54,507 nt of DNA from the NCBI RefSeq assembly GCF_001194135.2, contig NC_068982.1:94851476-94905982 (forward strand). Reading direction: 5' to 3'. Shown one piece after another: positions 22,491 through 35,560 of the stretch (positions within the stretch are counted from its first letter, which is position 1; each line of letters starts with the position of its first letter). The notes below the pieces were generated by a model, which was not told the DNA's origin, did no database searches, and saw nothing but the letters and a program-made list of their open reading frames with translations. The DNA is from Octopus bimaculoides. Lineage: Eukaryota. A program made the translations under genes and the position numbers.

Positions 22491-22545
22491 CGTGCGTGTG
22501 CGTGTGCGTGCGTGGGTGTGTGTAGGTGTGTGTGCATGTGTGTAT
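22426..22545. repeat. (TG)n/(TGCG)n microsatellite
   Basis: Directly visible. Confidence 0.97.
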
Positions 22546-23957
22546 ATACACACACAATGATAAGCACATTAGGACGGAGTCTAAATCTTTTCTTCACTCG
22601 TCGTGAGGTTTTGGCCCATTGCACCATAAATTAGCTCTCAACTATCGGTATTTCCTTTCACATAAAGAGAGGAATTAATAAAAGATTTGCACACCCAATT
22701 TCCATACATACAAACCCATATATACACATGAATATACACGACACGACCACATACAATTTTGAAATTATTCTTCCCCACAATTTCCATTCTCACCTCTCTG
22801 CGGTGTCCCGCTTCTCTACCGCACCCTTGAATGCAGGTGTCTTGTATACTGGGGTACGCTTGTTTGTCCCCAAAACAGGCACACAACACTAATGAACTAA
22901 GTATTTTTTCTTGGGTTGATGTGAGTTGATGTTTTATGTCAATTTCTTCTTGATTTCTTCTATGATTTCCTCTATGAATTTCGTTCTAAGGTTTTACAAC
23001 AGCCTCAAAGATCAACAATCTAGATGATACACATTCAGACCTCCAGTTACAAAAGGAAAGTAAAGACAAAAAACATATTCTCCGTTTCAACTATTTCTAA
23101 TAGAGGGTAGTTGGAGGTATTTCTCTAATTCTGGGGTGAAAACTATTGTTAAACTGATGATGCAATTATTTTATAGTTTATATTAATTACTTACACACAC
23201 ACATTCACACACACCTAACACACACAAAACCCGCATACACACACACACAGACACACATACACAGAGATTTAGTCATGTTGATGTAGAAGATATGGTTGAA
23301 TCCGCATTCTATAAACTCTCGCTCAGACAACATAATTATGCACGCTGGGCTTACCGTTATCAGCTTTAAGTATGGAAGGGTGTGGAAGACAATCGAAAAT
23401 TAAAGTATTGAGCTCTTCCGTTCCTTAAACTTTTTTATTACTGAATGCTAAGATGGAATTTTGAAACTAATTAATAAGGATAATAAAAGTCATGGGGTTG
23501 GGACCATTCGGTTGTATGGGCTGGAAATAGTGTCAAATAAATTACCTGCAATTTGCCCAAATAATTGCTGCCACATGAACTGAAACTGAAGGTCTGAAAG
23601 GAAGGTCGCGCATTATGAAATCTGACAGTGTGTCACATTATTCCAAAGATATTAATTATCAGCATTTAATAATCTTCGTAGTGAAAGAACGAAAGTATTT
23701 AAGAATGAAATGTGTTGATGTATGAAAGAATTCAATAAGAAAACTATTTACATTCTTGATTATTCCTTCTATATATTATTAAGGTGGGTAACAGTAAATC
23801 CATGAGACCCATGTTTGCCAGTACGGCCTAACCATGTGATACACTTTTAAATTTATCCTTTGTTTTTAAGTAAATGCACTTTAAAAAGTTTCATAAATAA
23901 GTTGCAAATCTTCACCCGCAATTTAAATTATGTTTTTATTATTATAATTGAAAATTA

Positions 23958-24150
23958 AGGCAGCGAGCTGGCAGGAATTTTTAGCACGTCGGGCGAAATG
24001 CTCACGGGAAGTTCGTCTGCTGCTATGTTCTGAGTTGAAATTCCATATTTCATTCTTTCGCAGGTCGATAAATTATGTACTAGTAAAATGCTGGGTTCGA
24101 TGTAATCGACTTCTCCCCTCCCGACAAATTTCAGGCCTTGTGCCTATAGT
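23958..24150 (+). mobile_element. SINE family B
   Basis: ggcagcgagctggcaggaattttagcacg...ttctgagttgaaattcc...gatgtaatcgact...tttcaggccttgtgcctatagtagaaag. Confidence 0.85.
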
Positions 24151-24164
24151 AGAAAGTATTGATG

Positions 24165-24571
24165 TTGGTACTCCGTCGCTTACGACGTCGAGTGTTCCAG
24201 TTGATCCGATCAAGGGAATAGCCTGCTCGTGAAATTAACGTGCAAGTGGCTGAGCACTCCACAGACATGTGTACCCTTAACGTAGTTCTTACGGATTTCA
24301 GCGTGACACAGTGTGACAAGGCTGACTCTTTGAATTACAGGCACAACAAAAACAGGAAGCAAGAGTGAGAGAAAGTTGTGGTGAAAGAGTACAGCAGGGT
24401 TCGCCACCATCCCCTGCCAGTGCCGGGGGGGGGGGNNNNNNNNNNNNNNNNNNNNNNNNNNNNNNNAGGGGTTTTTCGCTCAATAAACACTCACAACGCC
24501 CGGTCTGGGAATCGAAACCGCGATCCTATGACCGCGAGTCCGCTGCCCTAACCGCTGGGCCATTGTGCCTC
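24165..24571 (-). mobile_element. tRNA-derived SINE family C, long form (contains N-gap 24436-24466)
   Basis: Same tRNA-like head as 6890-6969; body matches 6812-6890 and 9655-9760. Confidence 0.85.
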
Positions 24572-25049
24572 CACAGTAGAAAGTATTATTATAATTGAAA
24601 ATATATATCCATGATTTTCGCTTTCGAAAGTTTATAAGATTCTGATTGTTATGGAAGTCAGTGAATTGGCGTTATTGTGTTCGTGTGTCTAAGTTTGTGT
24701 GAGTATGTCTGTGCACACGTCTGCTTTATTACGTAAAACTCAGTGCTTCAGTCACGTCTTCAGCAGTGACGTCGCTGGAGCTTCAAATACCATCTATCGA
24801 TGACTTAGTGCTATTAATATCCGGCTTGTTTTAACATGTTGATCTATTGTTGTCGATTTGTCACTACACCAGCGTGACTGAAACTAAAGGAAGTTAAATT
24901 TGCTCTGAAATGAAGAAGCTGTATTGTTTTTCAAGCTTTGCGTCTACTTGTCCGAGCAAATGAACCTGCTTTCACACCCATAAAACCTTAGGTAACCTGA
25001 GAAGCTACATCAACTTTACCCAATATAAATGTATATATGTATATATTTA

Positions 25050-25283
25050 TATATGTGTGTGTGTTTGTGTGTCTGTATTTGTCCCCCTAGCATTGCTTGA
25101 CAACCAATGCTGGTGTGTTTATGTCCCCGTCATCTAGCGGTTCGGCTATAGAGACCGATAGAATAAATACTAGGCTTACAAAGAATAAGTCCCGAGGTCG
25201 ATTTGTTCGACCAAAGGCGGTGCTCCAGTATGGCCGCAGTCAAATGACTGAAACAAGTAAAAGAGTAAAAGAGTAAAAGAGCA
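25050..25283 (+). mobile_element. SINE family A, 3' half
   Basis: gcttgacaacc..tgctggtgtgttt...ggcggtgctccagtatggccgcagtcaaatgactgaaac plus (AAAGAGT)n tail. Confidence 0.85.
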
Positions 25284-25294
25284 AAGGTGTATAT

Positions 25295-25612
25295 ATATAT
25301 ACTCAAATCTCACCTGCGAACCCATGGAAAACAAACCTCATCCAGCTATTCTGATTATATGTCTGTGCACACGTTTGAATGTGGTGTGTGCCAGAGGGTT
25401 TGCAAATCCAATGGGGGTCTTAAAAGACATGTTAGGATCCACAATGAGCAGAACTTACTTGCAGGTATTGGTAGTGCAAATCAGAGGTGCAATCTGTGTG
25501 GGTGTTTTTTCAAAACACTGTCTGGTTTAAAAAGCCACATTAGATGCCATGAAGGGGCTAAGGTGTAGGTGCAGGAGGTGGTCAGACTCTGTTTAAGGAG
25601 TAGACAACCACG
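25295..25612 (+). mobile_element. 3' end of probable RTE-clade LINE with C-terminal C2H2-type fingers
   Basis: LKSHLRTH, CGVCQRVCKSNGGLKRHVRIH, CNLCGCFFKTLSGLKSHIRCH; no TGEKP linkers; stop then a very short 3' UTR ending at a gap that resumes in (TA)n. Confidence 0.6.
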
Positions 25613-26117
25613 NNNNNNNNNNNNNNNNNNNNNNNNNNNNNNNNNNNNNNNNNNNNNNNNNNNNNNNNNNNNNNNNNNNNNNNNNNNNNNNNNNNNNNNN
25701 NNNNNNNNNNNNNNNNNNNNNNNNNNNNNNNNNNNNNNNNNNNNNNNNNNNNNNNNNNNNNNNNNNNNNNNNNNNNNNNNNNNNNNNNNNNNNNNNNNNN
25801 NNNNNNNNNNNNNNNNNNNNNNNNNNNNNNNNNNNNNNNNNNNNNNNNNNNNNNNNNNNNNNNNNNNNNNNNNNNNNNNNNNNNNNNNNNNNNNNNNNNN
25901 NNNNNNNNNNNNNNNNNNNNNNNNNNNNNNNNNNNNNNNNNNNNNNNNNNNNNNNNNNNNNNNNNNNNNNNNNNNNNNNNNNNNNNNNNNNNNNNNNNNN
26001 NNNNNNNNNNNNNNNNNNNNNNNNNNNNNNNNNNNNNNNNNNNNNNNNNNNNNNNNNNNNNNNNNNNNNNNNNNNNNNNNNNNNNNNNNNNNNNNNNNNN
26101 NNNNNNNNNNNNNNNNN
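25613..26117. other. Assembly gap (N); other gaps at 24436-24466, 30043-30212, 43611-43871, 45949-46009
   Basis: N runs, nearly all flanked by microsatellites. Confidence 1.
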
Positions 26118-26139
26118 TATATATATATATATATATATA

Positions 26140-27350
26140 CTAGTTGAGGTACCCATTAATACTCGGGAGCGGGGATATTCTCAGTACCCATTGCAATGCC
26201 TAATTTCTGTCAGACGAAAAATGAAATCAAACAGAGAACAGTGAATAGAAGTCGTAAGCAAATTCATTCACAAAACAATAATACAAATGAATACGTGTGG
26301 AATCGGAAAATGACACTCAGTTTGGTGCAGATGGGTGGAAATCTGCAAATATATAATGAATGGAGACCTCATTGTAAAGGTGTGTTATGTAAAAGAAGAA
26401 CATAAAAGTTTGAAAAGATTATTTAGAGAAAAGGCACTCAATTTCACTACTGTGTTTCATGGGTACAGTTCTACTGATCGTGAGAATTAAATATTGATTG
26501 CAACAGTTAGAAGCGACAATTTTAAGTGCAGATGTTAAGAAAATACATGTTACATATTTTAGCACACAAAGTTGCAACGTTTAGTATCGATAATTTTAAA
26601 TGCAAGAGCGTGTATACCGATAAGTTAAACCTTGTATATAAGTATTAGTATGTATAAATGTAGTTTGATTTTCAGTATATCAATGTTTATGCATGAAATA
26701 CTGAATAGAAAATGCCTGAGAAATAAAATGCACTTGCCTATTTAAAATCTGAAACGCTGGGGAATTAAACCAACGAATTGAAGTAAAAAGTTTTAGCAAA
26801 TGAAAAGGATTCGTATCGAAATTCAGAATTAGCAAATGCTAATGGGATTACCGTTAATAAGGTGTCTGTTTATACCCATGAAACAGTTTAGGTCGAATTT
26901 CGGCATTTTTCGTCAAATTGAAATCTCTATTAATGGGTAGGACCAATTTGACGAAAGATTATCAGAGTCTGGTAGCGAACCCGTGTCGTCGTCATTTTTG
27001 TTCGTGTGCATAAAACAATTTATTTGTCTCAACCCATCCTTATTGCATATTCCACCTGTGTATAATTTTTCAAGAAAATCGGTTGAAAACTTTAAAAGTT
27101 ATGGCAGAAAATAACATTCATATGAGAACTAGCCTTGAAATAAATTGCTTTTTGAAAAATTAATGCGGAGTAAAAATTCTCGAATGTTCTGAAATTCAAA
27201 CTGCGGAAGTGATCGTATGGGCATTAACCTCACACACCTATCAAGTTTCATCAAGACTGATTGGATAGTCTCGAAAGTGTTAAAGTAAAAACTTCACACA
27301 TACACACACACAGTCACGAACAGACAGAAATTGCCATTCATGTATATATA
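26140..27350 (-). mobile_element. Non-autonomous Helitron/HINE-like element
   Basis: Minus strand starts TATATATACATGAATGGCAATTTCTGTCTGT, has internal aagtttcatcaa / aaaatcggttg motifs, and ends with a weak GC hairpin then CTAG|T at 26140-26143. Confidence 0.55.
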
Positions 27351-29245
27351 TATGCGAACCTGTTCGCTGGCTACGTCGAGGCCCAAATATTCTCAAGTTT
27401 CACTGGTTCCACTCCCGAACTATACGGCCGTTATATTGATGACTGTATCGGTGAGACCTCACTCCTGAGCGAACATCTAGCCTCATTCTTCTCTTTTGTC
27501 AAATCCTTCCATCCTGTCTTCCACTTCTTCTGCACTATCTCTGACACCTCTGTCTCCTTTCTTGACATTTCGGTCAGCATTCATTACCACTGTCACCACC
27601 TCCATCTACTACAAACACACAGACTCACACTCATACCTCAATTTCTCCTCCTCCCACCCTAAACACACCAAGCTTTCCATCCCCTATTCCCAATTCCTCC
27701 GTCTACGCAGGCTCTGCAGTGACGACCATGACATTGAGACTCAGTCTCTACTCGTGGTTCACCGTTTCATCCTACGTTGATATCTCAACACTATCCACAC
27801 CGCCCTTGCGGACCGTGCATCTTCTCTCTACCCACGAACCCGCTCCGCCGTCTCCCGCCTCCCGTTTCCCCTCACCTATCAGGCCAACATACTACCTCTC
27901 CAACGCAGCATTCTTCGAGCCTTCTGGCGACACCAGTCCGACCCCCCCAATTCACACATCTTTCCTAACCGACACCTCCCCTCCTTCAAACGAGCCCACA
28001 ACCTACGAGACCTATTGGTCCACAGATTCTTCCCTAACCCAACCTCCCAACCCGGCTCGTTCCCCTGCTCCCGCCCACGCTTGAGCAATTGCCCTTACCT
28101 CTCCAACACTACCCTCCTCACCGGCACCCCTCAGCGACCATATTATATCACCGACTCCTTCAACTGCACTTCTACCAATGTCATCTACTGCATCTCCTGC
28201 TCCCTCTGCCCTTCTCTATGCATCGGTCAAACGGGACGCCGCTTAATGACCGGTTCGCGAAATACCTCCAAGACATCGGACTCGACAATGACACCCCGGT
28301 CTCGCGACATTTTCACTCTACCAGTCTCTCTTTGCAACACCTGCCTGTGTTTGGATTGTCCTTACACAGGTGCCAACCGGTCTCCTGTCTTCACCTTGAA
28401 CAAAGATTAATAATTTCTCTTCGCTCCTTTGCACCACCTGGGTTCAACTCTCCTCCCCTCTTCTTCTAGCCCTCCTCTTTTCTCCTCTCTTCCTCTCACA
28501 CCTACTTCCTCTCACCCACCTCTCCTCTCTTGCTCTGACTCCTACTTCGCTTCACTTCTACTCTCCTTCTAACTTCTCTTCACCCCTACTTACCTTCTCC
28601 CACTCCCTTTCCTCGTCACCCTCCCTCGTGACCCCACCCTTACACAATCGAACCCCACCTTCCTTATCCATCCCATCCCATCCCACCCTCACTCTATCCC
28701 TTACACCTACTTCCACAAACCCCACCTCTACCCCAAACCTCAGCCTAATCCACAGCCACACTTGCATTCCCCACTCTCGCCACACACCACCACACCATAC
28801 ACCACCATACCACTCAATACCACATCACATCACACCACCACGCACACACTAGCGCTGACCACTTCCCTGCCCTACACCATCATCCACAGACGTACACATG
28901 CAAACACGCACATGTGAAGGTCACCAGCCCTCTTCCACACGCACATACATGCTCTCTTATACACACGCACGCGCAGCTTCATTTTGTGATCACCACTATT
29001 TCCTTATCTCTCTTTCTTCTTAGGTCTCCTGTGTGACCCCTCTGTCCGGCATTTGTCATGATAGATCGCTAGCCACTATACATTCTTTATTTTCTCGCCT
29101 TGTTTCTTTCTGTGTTCCTTTCTGTGGAAGAGTGTAGGCTCGGAACGTTAAAGACCTTTTCACTTCCCGAGCGTTAAACTAATACATCTGTTTGTTGACT
29201 ACACCACCTGTCTTCATCTTTTTTTTGTGAATTCTTCCCTATATC
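27351..29245 (+). mobile_element. Penelope-like element (RT C-terminus, GIY-YIG endonuclease, pyrimidine-rich 3' region/pseudo-LTR)
   Basis: YANLFAGYVE, RYIDDC, SFLDI, YYKHTDSHSYLNFSSSHP, SIPYSQFLRLRRLCS, FNCTSTNVIYCISCSLC..IGQTGRRL; frameshifted; strong C/T strand bias. Confidence 0.92.
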
Positions 29246-30221
29246 AGTCGTGACTCTTGGCACTCGAGCTGTTCGGGCTTTGCCCGAGTATGAATTAAGT
29301 GAAGTGAACGTGCATTTGCAAGCTGATTGATTTTCTGCCAACATGACTGACTTCAAGTGTATAATTTCAGTCAATAACTCAGGCTCTATTTATTTTATTG
29401 AGCCTAGTCGCAGTTCATCTATTTTCGTTCAACATCTGGCATTCGTCTTAGAGGTGCCTTGTGTAAAAAAAATACCATCTGTGGTAGATGTTCTCTCGAC
29501 ATCGTTCACACGCGTCTAACTCGATAAAAGCCCGAATTATCATCAATAATAGTAAAAGTTAAAAGTAATTCAAATTCAATGTTTTCTTGAAACAATAAAT
29601 TCTTGTATAGATTAAGATATAAATTCCAGTCTATAAAACGTTCCCGTTCTACAATATTTTAAAGGAACAAACATTTATCCAGCAACTCGGGCTAATACGA
29701 ACGACCATGGCAGGTGTAAAAGACTAACTAGCATCTCTTGTCAAGTGCACAGGCGGCAGTCAGATCACTGATGTTTGTTATGCACTCCGCTGTTGTTATT
29801 CGAAACTGTTATTCTGTGCGTCTGTGTGTAAAAATCAGTTGTGTTTTGCAGGGTTGCTTTATTTTTACCCTTAACTTAGAAATGGATTAACGACATAGTG
29901 CTAGTTATAAAAGATAAGCCATTCGGGGCTAGAAATATTGAGGGAAAACGCAAACTTCTTCGAGGAAGTGTCTTATGCAAAATCTGTGATGAAACCGAGT
30001 GACGCTGATGACCTGGAGTCGCCTCTGATATATATATATATANNNNNNNNNNNNNNNNNNNNNNNNNNNNNNNNNNNNNNNNNNNNNNNNNNNNNNNNNN
30101 NNNNNNNNNNNNNNNNNNNNNNNNNNNNNNNNNNNNNNNNNNNNNNNNNNNNNNNNNNNNNNNNNNNNNNNNNNNNNNNNNNNNNNNNNNNNNNNNNNNN
30201 NNNNNNNNNNNNGTGTGTGTT

Positions 30222-30257
<36 letters not shown>

Positions 30258-30824
30258 TGTGTGTGTGTGTGTAATATATAATATATATATATAAATCAAA
30301 CCAAGGAAAAATCATTTCCTTCAAAGGGTAGGAAAACATCTAATTTTCAATGGTACTTCAGTTGAATACCACAAATAAAATGGTATAATTACTACATGCA
30401 AATATTAAAGTAAATAATGAATTACAATTGACATATTAAATATTTATTTACATTATAATATAATATAATTATACTATAAAAAGATATAATATAGTATAGT
30501 ATAATGTAACATAATATAATATATCAAATAATTAGAACAATTGTAGATCCAATAAATTGTTTTGACTAATATCCAATAGTGAATTTATAAAAATTCACAT
30601 TTTAAGCATATGAATCCCCTCAGGATAATATTTGTTCAAAAACAGACGAAGATTCCATGCAAGGACTGCTTAATCATAAAAGAGACTCTTTATGATTTAG
30701 AAGAAAGGGAAGAAGAATGATGAACAATAGGAGGGATAAGGAGAACCGGATGAGAAAAGGGGTAATAATTGAAAAACATTATCATTAAAATATTGGCTTC
30801 ACAGTTTGACGCCAAACTAGTAAT

Positions 30825-30995
30825 ATCGGGGAAGAATTAATTCGATTACATCGATCTCAGTGCTCAACTATTACATATCTTATCGACTCCGAATGACGAA
30901 AGCAAAGTCGACACCGGCCGCAGTTGAACTCAACGTAATGACGGCCGAAACACCGCTAAGTATTTTGTTCCACGTGACAACAATTTTGCCCGCTT
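30825..30995 (-). mobile_element. SINE family B
   Basis: Reverse-complement core (cgattacatcga...ttatcgac..aaagtcgac..gaactca...aaacaccgctaag). Confidence 0.8.
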
Positions 30996-32449
30996 CCAAT
31001 ATTAGCAACTATACTTACATTTCTTGTCAAGACAACTAGCTCCGTATTTATATTGTATTGAAAATTGAGGATTTGTCGTTCTTTCATTTTTTACCTGTAT
31101 TGGTGATTGTGTTACAGTCCATATGTCATATGCATTTTTGATGCAATCCATATGAGATAGGTATTTGAGATGTAACGTTTTATAGCATGATAGCATACGG
31201 GATGGACATGTAGTTGGCGTGTTTTGTATACAGAATGACTGATGGCAACTTACTTTGTGCACATATGCAGTAGTAATAAAGCTTTTTGAATTGTATATTT
31301 CCAATGTGTTAAATGAAAATACATTACTTACATGTTATATTGGACATGCTACTAAATTACGTATTTCATTAGCTTGAGAGTTTTACAGCATCACTTTAAT
31401 TTACAGTATGTAATTTCAGTAAATAATTATGAAAACACCTTGTAGCATATCCGTTTACTTCTGGTTTCAAAGTTAGCAATAATGGATAATTTACGCTACT
31501 TTATTTTCTGTTGCATGCTTGATTGCTTAAGAATGGCCTTCTAGATTGTTTTAGTGTTTTAAAAATAAGTTTTATTAAACGAATTTTAGTCATGGTAAGT
31601 ATGCTTCCTAAACACTATTATTTTGTTACTAAATCGGAAAATAAGAACACTGCTTTTAGAATTATTTACTGAGATTAGCTTACCCCAAGCACAACCATTT
31701 TACTTGTTAATTTTAGTATTGCTACATTTATAGTAATAGGTTACTAATTAGTGATTGATGTAAAACAAAAATGTATATATTATGTTTAAAGTAAATGCTG
31801 TTGTAAGCAGATTAATTATTAAATTGGATCTATCTTAAATGTTATCCAGTTTAGATTTTGAATGTTTTATTTTGATTGAAGTTTTACGTTGTTGCAAAGA
31901 AAGGAATTTAACTAAATAATTACGATCAAATGTATTTTACTATGAGTATTGAGTAAAAATCTAGAATACATTACTATTTCAAATGAAGTTAATGCACTGT
32001 GAAAAACTAGAAACAGATAACATGAAACTATTGAAAAGAAGACGTAGAAAAAGAGTTGAGAGACTGTATCCAGTTTCAAAATACTACACCAAAAATTGAG
32101 ACCTAACATAGATAATGAATGTACCTTAAGCTATAAATGCAACTAAAACGCAACAATAATAAAAACTTAATTTGACATAAAACTCATAAAATAAAAATAT
32201 ATACTTGACACATAATTTTACATAATCCAAACAGGTGAAAGAAGCACCGAAATGTTAATGTCGGGGAAACAACAAACTTTTAATCGATAAAATCTATATT
32301 CTACCTAAATTTCCAATATACTTTTTTATGGAAGGTGTATTTAATAGCAATTGCTGCGCTTAAAAACATATTGGGTGCTGTGGAGACTACAGAACGTTCT
32401 GACTATCTATCTCCCTCTTTCTTTCCTTCTCTCTCTCTCTCTCTCTCTC

Positions 32450-32514
<65 letters not shown>

Positions 32515-32614
32515 AATTGAAATCCAAGAGGAGAGGGGTTATTTTTTCACATCCAAAAACATTTTTATTAAAAAGTTTTCTACAGCATATAGAACAACTT
32601 GTATTTGTGAGGAA

Positions 32615-32772
32615 GAGACTAGTCGATTACATCGACCCCAGTGTTTCAGTGATATTTAACAGTACGCGAATAGAAGACAGGCAAGTCCATCTGGAAGGAA
32701 TTTGAACTCAGAACGCCAGCGACGGGCGAAATACCGCTAAGCATTTCATACAGCGTGTTAACGATTCTGCAA
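32615..32772 (-). mobile_element. SINE family B
   Basis: Reverse-complement core and head (aaataccgctaagcatttc...gtgttaacgattctgc). Confidence 0.8.
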
Positions 32773-32893
<121 letters not shown>

Positions 32894-32894
32894 T

Positions 32895-33858
32895 TGGGGG
32901 GAGGAGGAAGTATGGCGAATTTTGAAAAGTATGAGATTGGGTGACGGACCTAACAGAATACGGAAGACGTTTAGAGATAGTATAAATTAGGAGAGGCATC
33001 TTCGAAGGAGTTTGCCTGTCCCCACTGATCTTTGACCTGTGTTTGATACCACTGACACTGATTCTGAGGAAAGCAAAAGCTGGGTATGCATTTAAAAGCC
33101 GCCAACAAAAAGTCAACCATTTGTTATTCATGGATGACCTCAAACTTTATGGTAAAGATGAACCCCAAGTCAGTTCCCTCGTTGATACGGTATATACCTT
33201 CAATGTTGATATCAGAATGGAGATCCGACTGAGAAAGTGTGGTGTGTTAGTATTGAAGAGAGGCATAAATCAAATGCGTGGACGGACTAACGATATTGTC
33301 GGGTGAGGTTATGAAGCAGATAGCAGACACGGGTTATAAGTACTTGGCGATTTTGGAAATGGATAAATTAACGGAGAAAGAAATGACATAAACATTTAAG
33401 GAGCACTTACGCAGACTGAGACTGATCCTTTAGTCGAAATTAAACGGACGGAGTAAGATCGAAGCTATCAACACCTGGGCGGTTTCCTTAGATATGGAGC
33501 AGGGGTAATCGTATGGACAGTAGACGAACTAAATAGCTTAGACAAAAAGACAAGAAAGTTGCTAACTAGGTATGAGTCACTCCACCCAAAACGTGACACA
33601 GACAGACTGTATTTACCAAGAAAAAGAGGTGGAAGAGGACTCATTGGATGCGAACACAGCATTAGAGAAGAAGAAAACAACATAGCATGGTATGTAAAAA
33701 ATGCCACAGAACCGCTATTATTAGAAGCAAGAAGTTCAGGCTAGTGTAAGATGAAAGATTGCAAAGATAAAGCACTATACAAGAAATTGAAAACAAATGA
33801 AACTGAAAATAGGTTAGTAAAGAAAAGAATGCATGGTAAATTTCATAGGGATGTTAAA
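32895..33858 (+). mobile_element. R4/Dong-like LINE, RT domain fragment
   Basis: LCLIPLTLIL, KVNHLLFMDDLKLYG, KCGVL, YKYL, RLYLPRKRGGRGLIG, KRMHGKF; multiple stops and frameshifts. Confidence 0.92.
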
Positions 33859-33949
33859 TTTCATACCCATGTATTGAGACACCCTGTATTATTACTGATT
33901 TTACTTTCCCCTTTATCTCTTCAATTTCAATTTCTATAACCTTTTGCTG

Positions 33950-34215
33950 TTGCCGGGTCGGCTCACTTATTTCAAGACTCCTATTTCATTTCATTTTGCT
34001 TTTATGCCTTGTCGGAATCCCCTTCTACTGGGTTTATTTCTGGTCCAGCATTCAATTACAGTTCGGTTTGTATCCCTACCCCACTTTCTTCTCTGCCTCT
34101 GACATTGCTTGTAAACATTATCTGGATGTCAACCTTGCCTGCGCTGCTCAACTACAGGACACCTGTCAGGCGAAAGACATTACCTTTAGCCTTTGGTTCC
34201 AAAAGCATTAACACC
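33950..34215 (+). mobile_element. Possible degraded Penelope endonuclease C-terminal fragment
   Basis: C/T-rich; ends ...LAFGSKSIN, resembling the PLE C-terminal LGT..P.GIN motif; weak. Confidence 0.35.
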
Positions 34216-34224
34216 ATTGCTATA

Positions 34225-34227
34225 ATT

Positions 34228-34305
<78 letters not shown>

Positions 34306-34830
34306 TCTGTTTATCGCACGTTTTGTTGGATCTCTTAGAGCCATGCATGCGTAACGGGCTTGCTGCCTGCAGCCTACGGTACCAAGCTATCCGTTCTTTC
34401 CAGCTATCTAATACTTTCCTGATTATTCTGGCCGTACCGACAAGGTAAACCTTTGTAGCAGTTCTATTGGGCACTCTATTCCAATTTCCTTGATTATTCT
34501 TCCTGATGCCTTCTGATATTATCCCCAAGGACTTTCTCACTTTCTTCAATTTCCATAGCTGAGCTATTTCGTACAAAGGGGTTTGTATTTATCTATTTTT
34601 TCGCTTTCTTTCTTGACTATTCGTGGGTCAAAGGGGTACGCAACATCAACTATGTAGCATATGTGGTGCACCTTGTCCACCACCACTAAGTCCGGTCTGT
34701 TATGCTCTAGCACCTGATTTATTTGGATTGGGAATGTCAGAGGATCTTCAGAGGATCTCGATACAAACCAGTTGTAGAGAAACCATCTTAGAGATTATAT
34801 TGCAGTTAGAGGGACAAAAATTTTAACAGC
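34225..34830 (-). mobile_element. R4/Dong-like LINE REL domain and 3' end with (TAA)n tail
   Basis: Minus strand HNRPDLVVVDKV..YIVDVAYPFD..KIDKY..YEIAQLW, then LVGTARIIRKVL; (ATT)n at 34225-34305. Confidence 0.88.
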
Positions 34831-34929
34831 GAATAATATATATTTAAGTGCACACACTATCATATCAAATCTGCTGCCTATACATGGCGTGAAGTACTCT
34901 AGTATTTGTTTGATACTTTATTTTATCGA

Positions 34930-35175
34930 GCCTAAAAATTGAAAGTAAATTTGTCGGAATTTGAACTCAGAGGATAAACAGCCGGAAACTTTAACGATTC
35001 TTCCAATTTACAGCTCTTTCTGAAAAGAATTGTATTGATTTCAAATTTTGCCACAAGGTGAGCAAGTTTGGTGAAGGAATGGAATTAAGTCGATTACATC
35101 GACACCAGTGTTCAACTGGTACTTATTTTATCGACCCCGAAACGATGAAAGGCAAAGTCGACTTCGGTGGTGTAT
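34930..35175 (-). mobile_element. SINE family B fragments (two adjacent partial copies)
   Basis: Reverse-complement cores at about 34925-35015 and 35045-35175. Confidence 0.7.
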
Positions 35176-35434
35176 GTACACAGAACTATATTGCAGTATT
35201 ACAAGTTGCGAACTAACTCGAGAATCAATTGTAAATTAAAAGATTATTTGAACACTGCATAAGAAAATGCTAGTATTTACAAAAAAGAACGGAAATTTTC
35301 CTGACGAACTCGCGGTAAATAAAAAAAAAAAACTACTATTAGAGTAATGCTCACACATCAGACATGGCGTTGCAACATCAGAACTCACATCTGAATGAAC
35401 GTTACACATCGTTACGTTTCGAAATTTCATACAT

Positions 35435-35437
<3 letters not shown>

Positions 35438-35508
<71 letters not shown>

Positions 35509-35560
35509 GCACGCATACACACACACGCACACACACACGCATACACACACACACACGCAC
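35438..35560. repeat. (CA)n microsatellite
   Basis: Directly visible. Confidence 0.98.

Noticed and set aside
22638-22990. Minus-strand exon (NEIHRGNH...GHRRE|gtgaga)
   Set aside because: Two frames are equally plausible, the acceptor is weak and nothing is recognisable; not supportable.
25287-25568. Host C2H2 zinc-finger gene
   Set aside because: No TGEKP linkers or array, and it has a retroelement-like 3' end; treated as a LINE terminus with moderate confidence.
29930-30000. RING-like start (LCKICDE)
   Set aside because: Only one CxxC followed by stops; no remaining ligands.
31002-31304. Cys-rich 100-aa minus-strand ORF (also 39492..39716)
   Set aside because: No motif and no consistent splice structure; length is compatible with chance across six frames.
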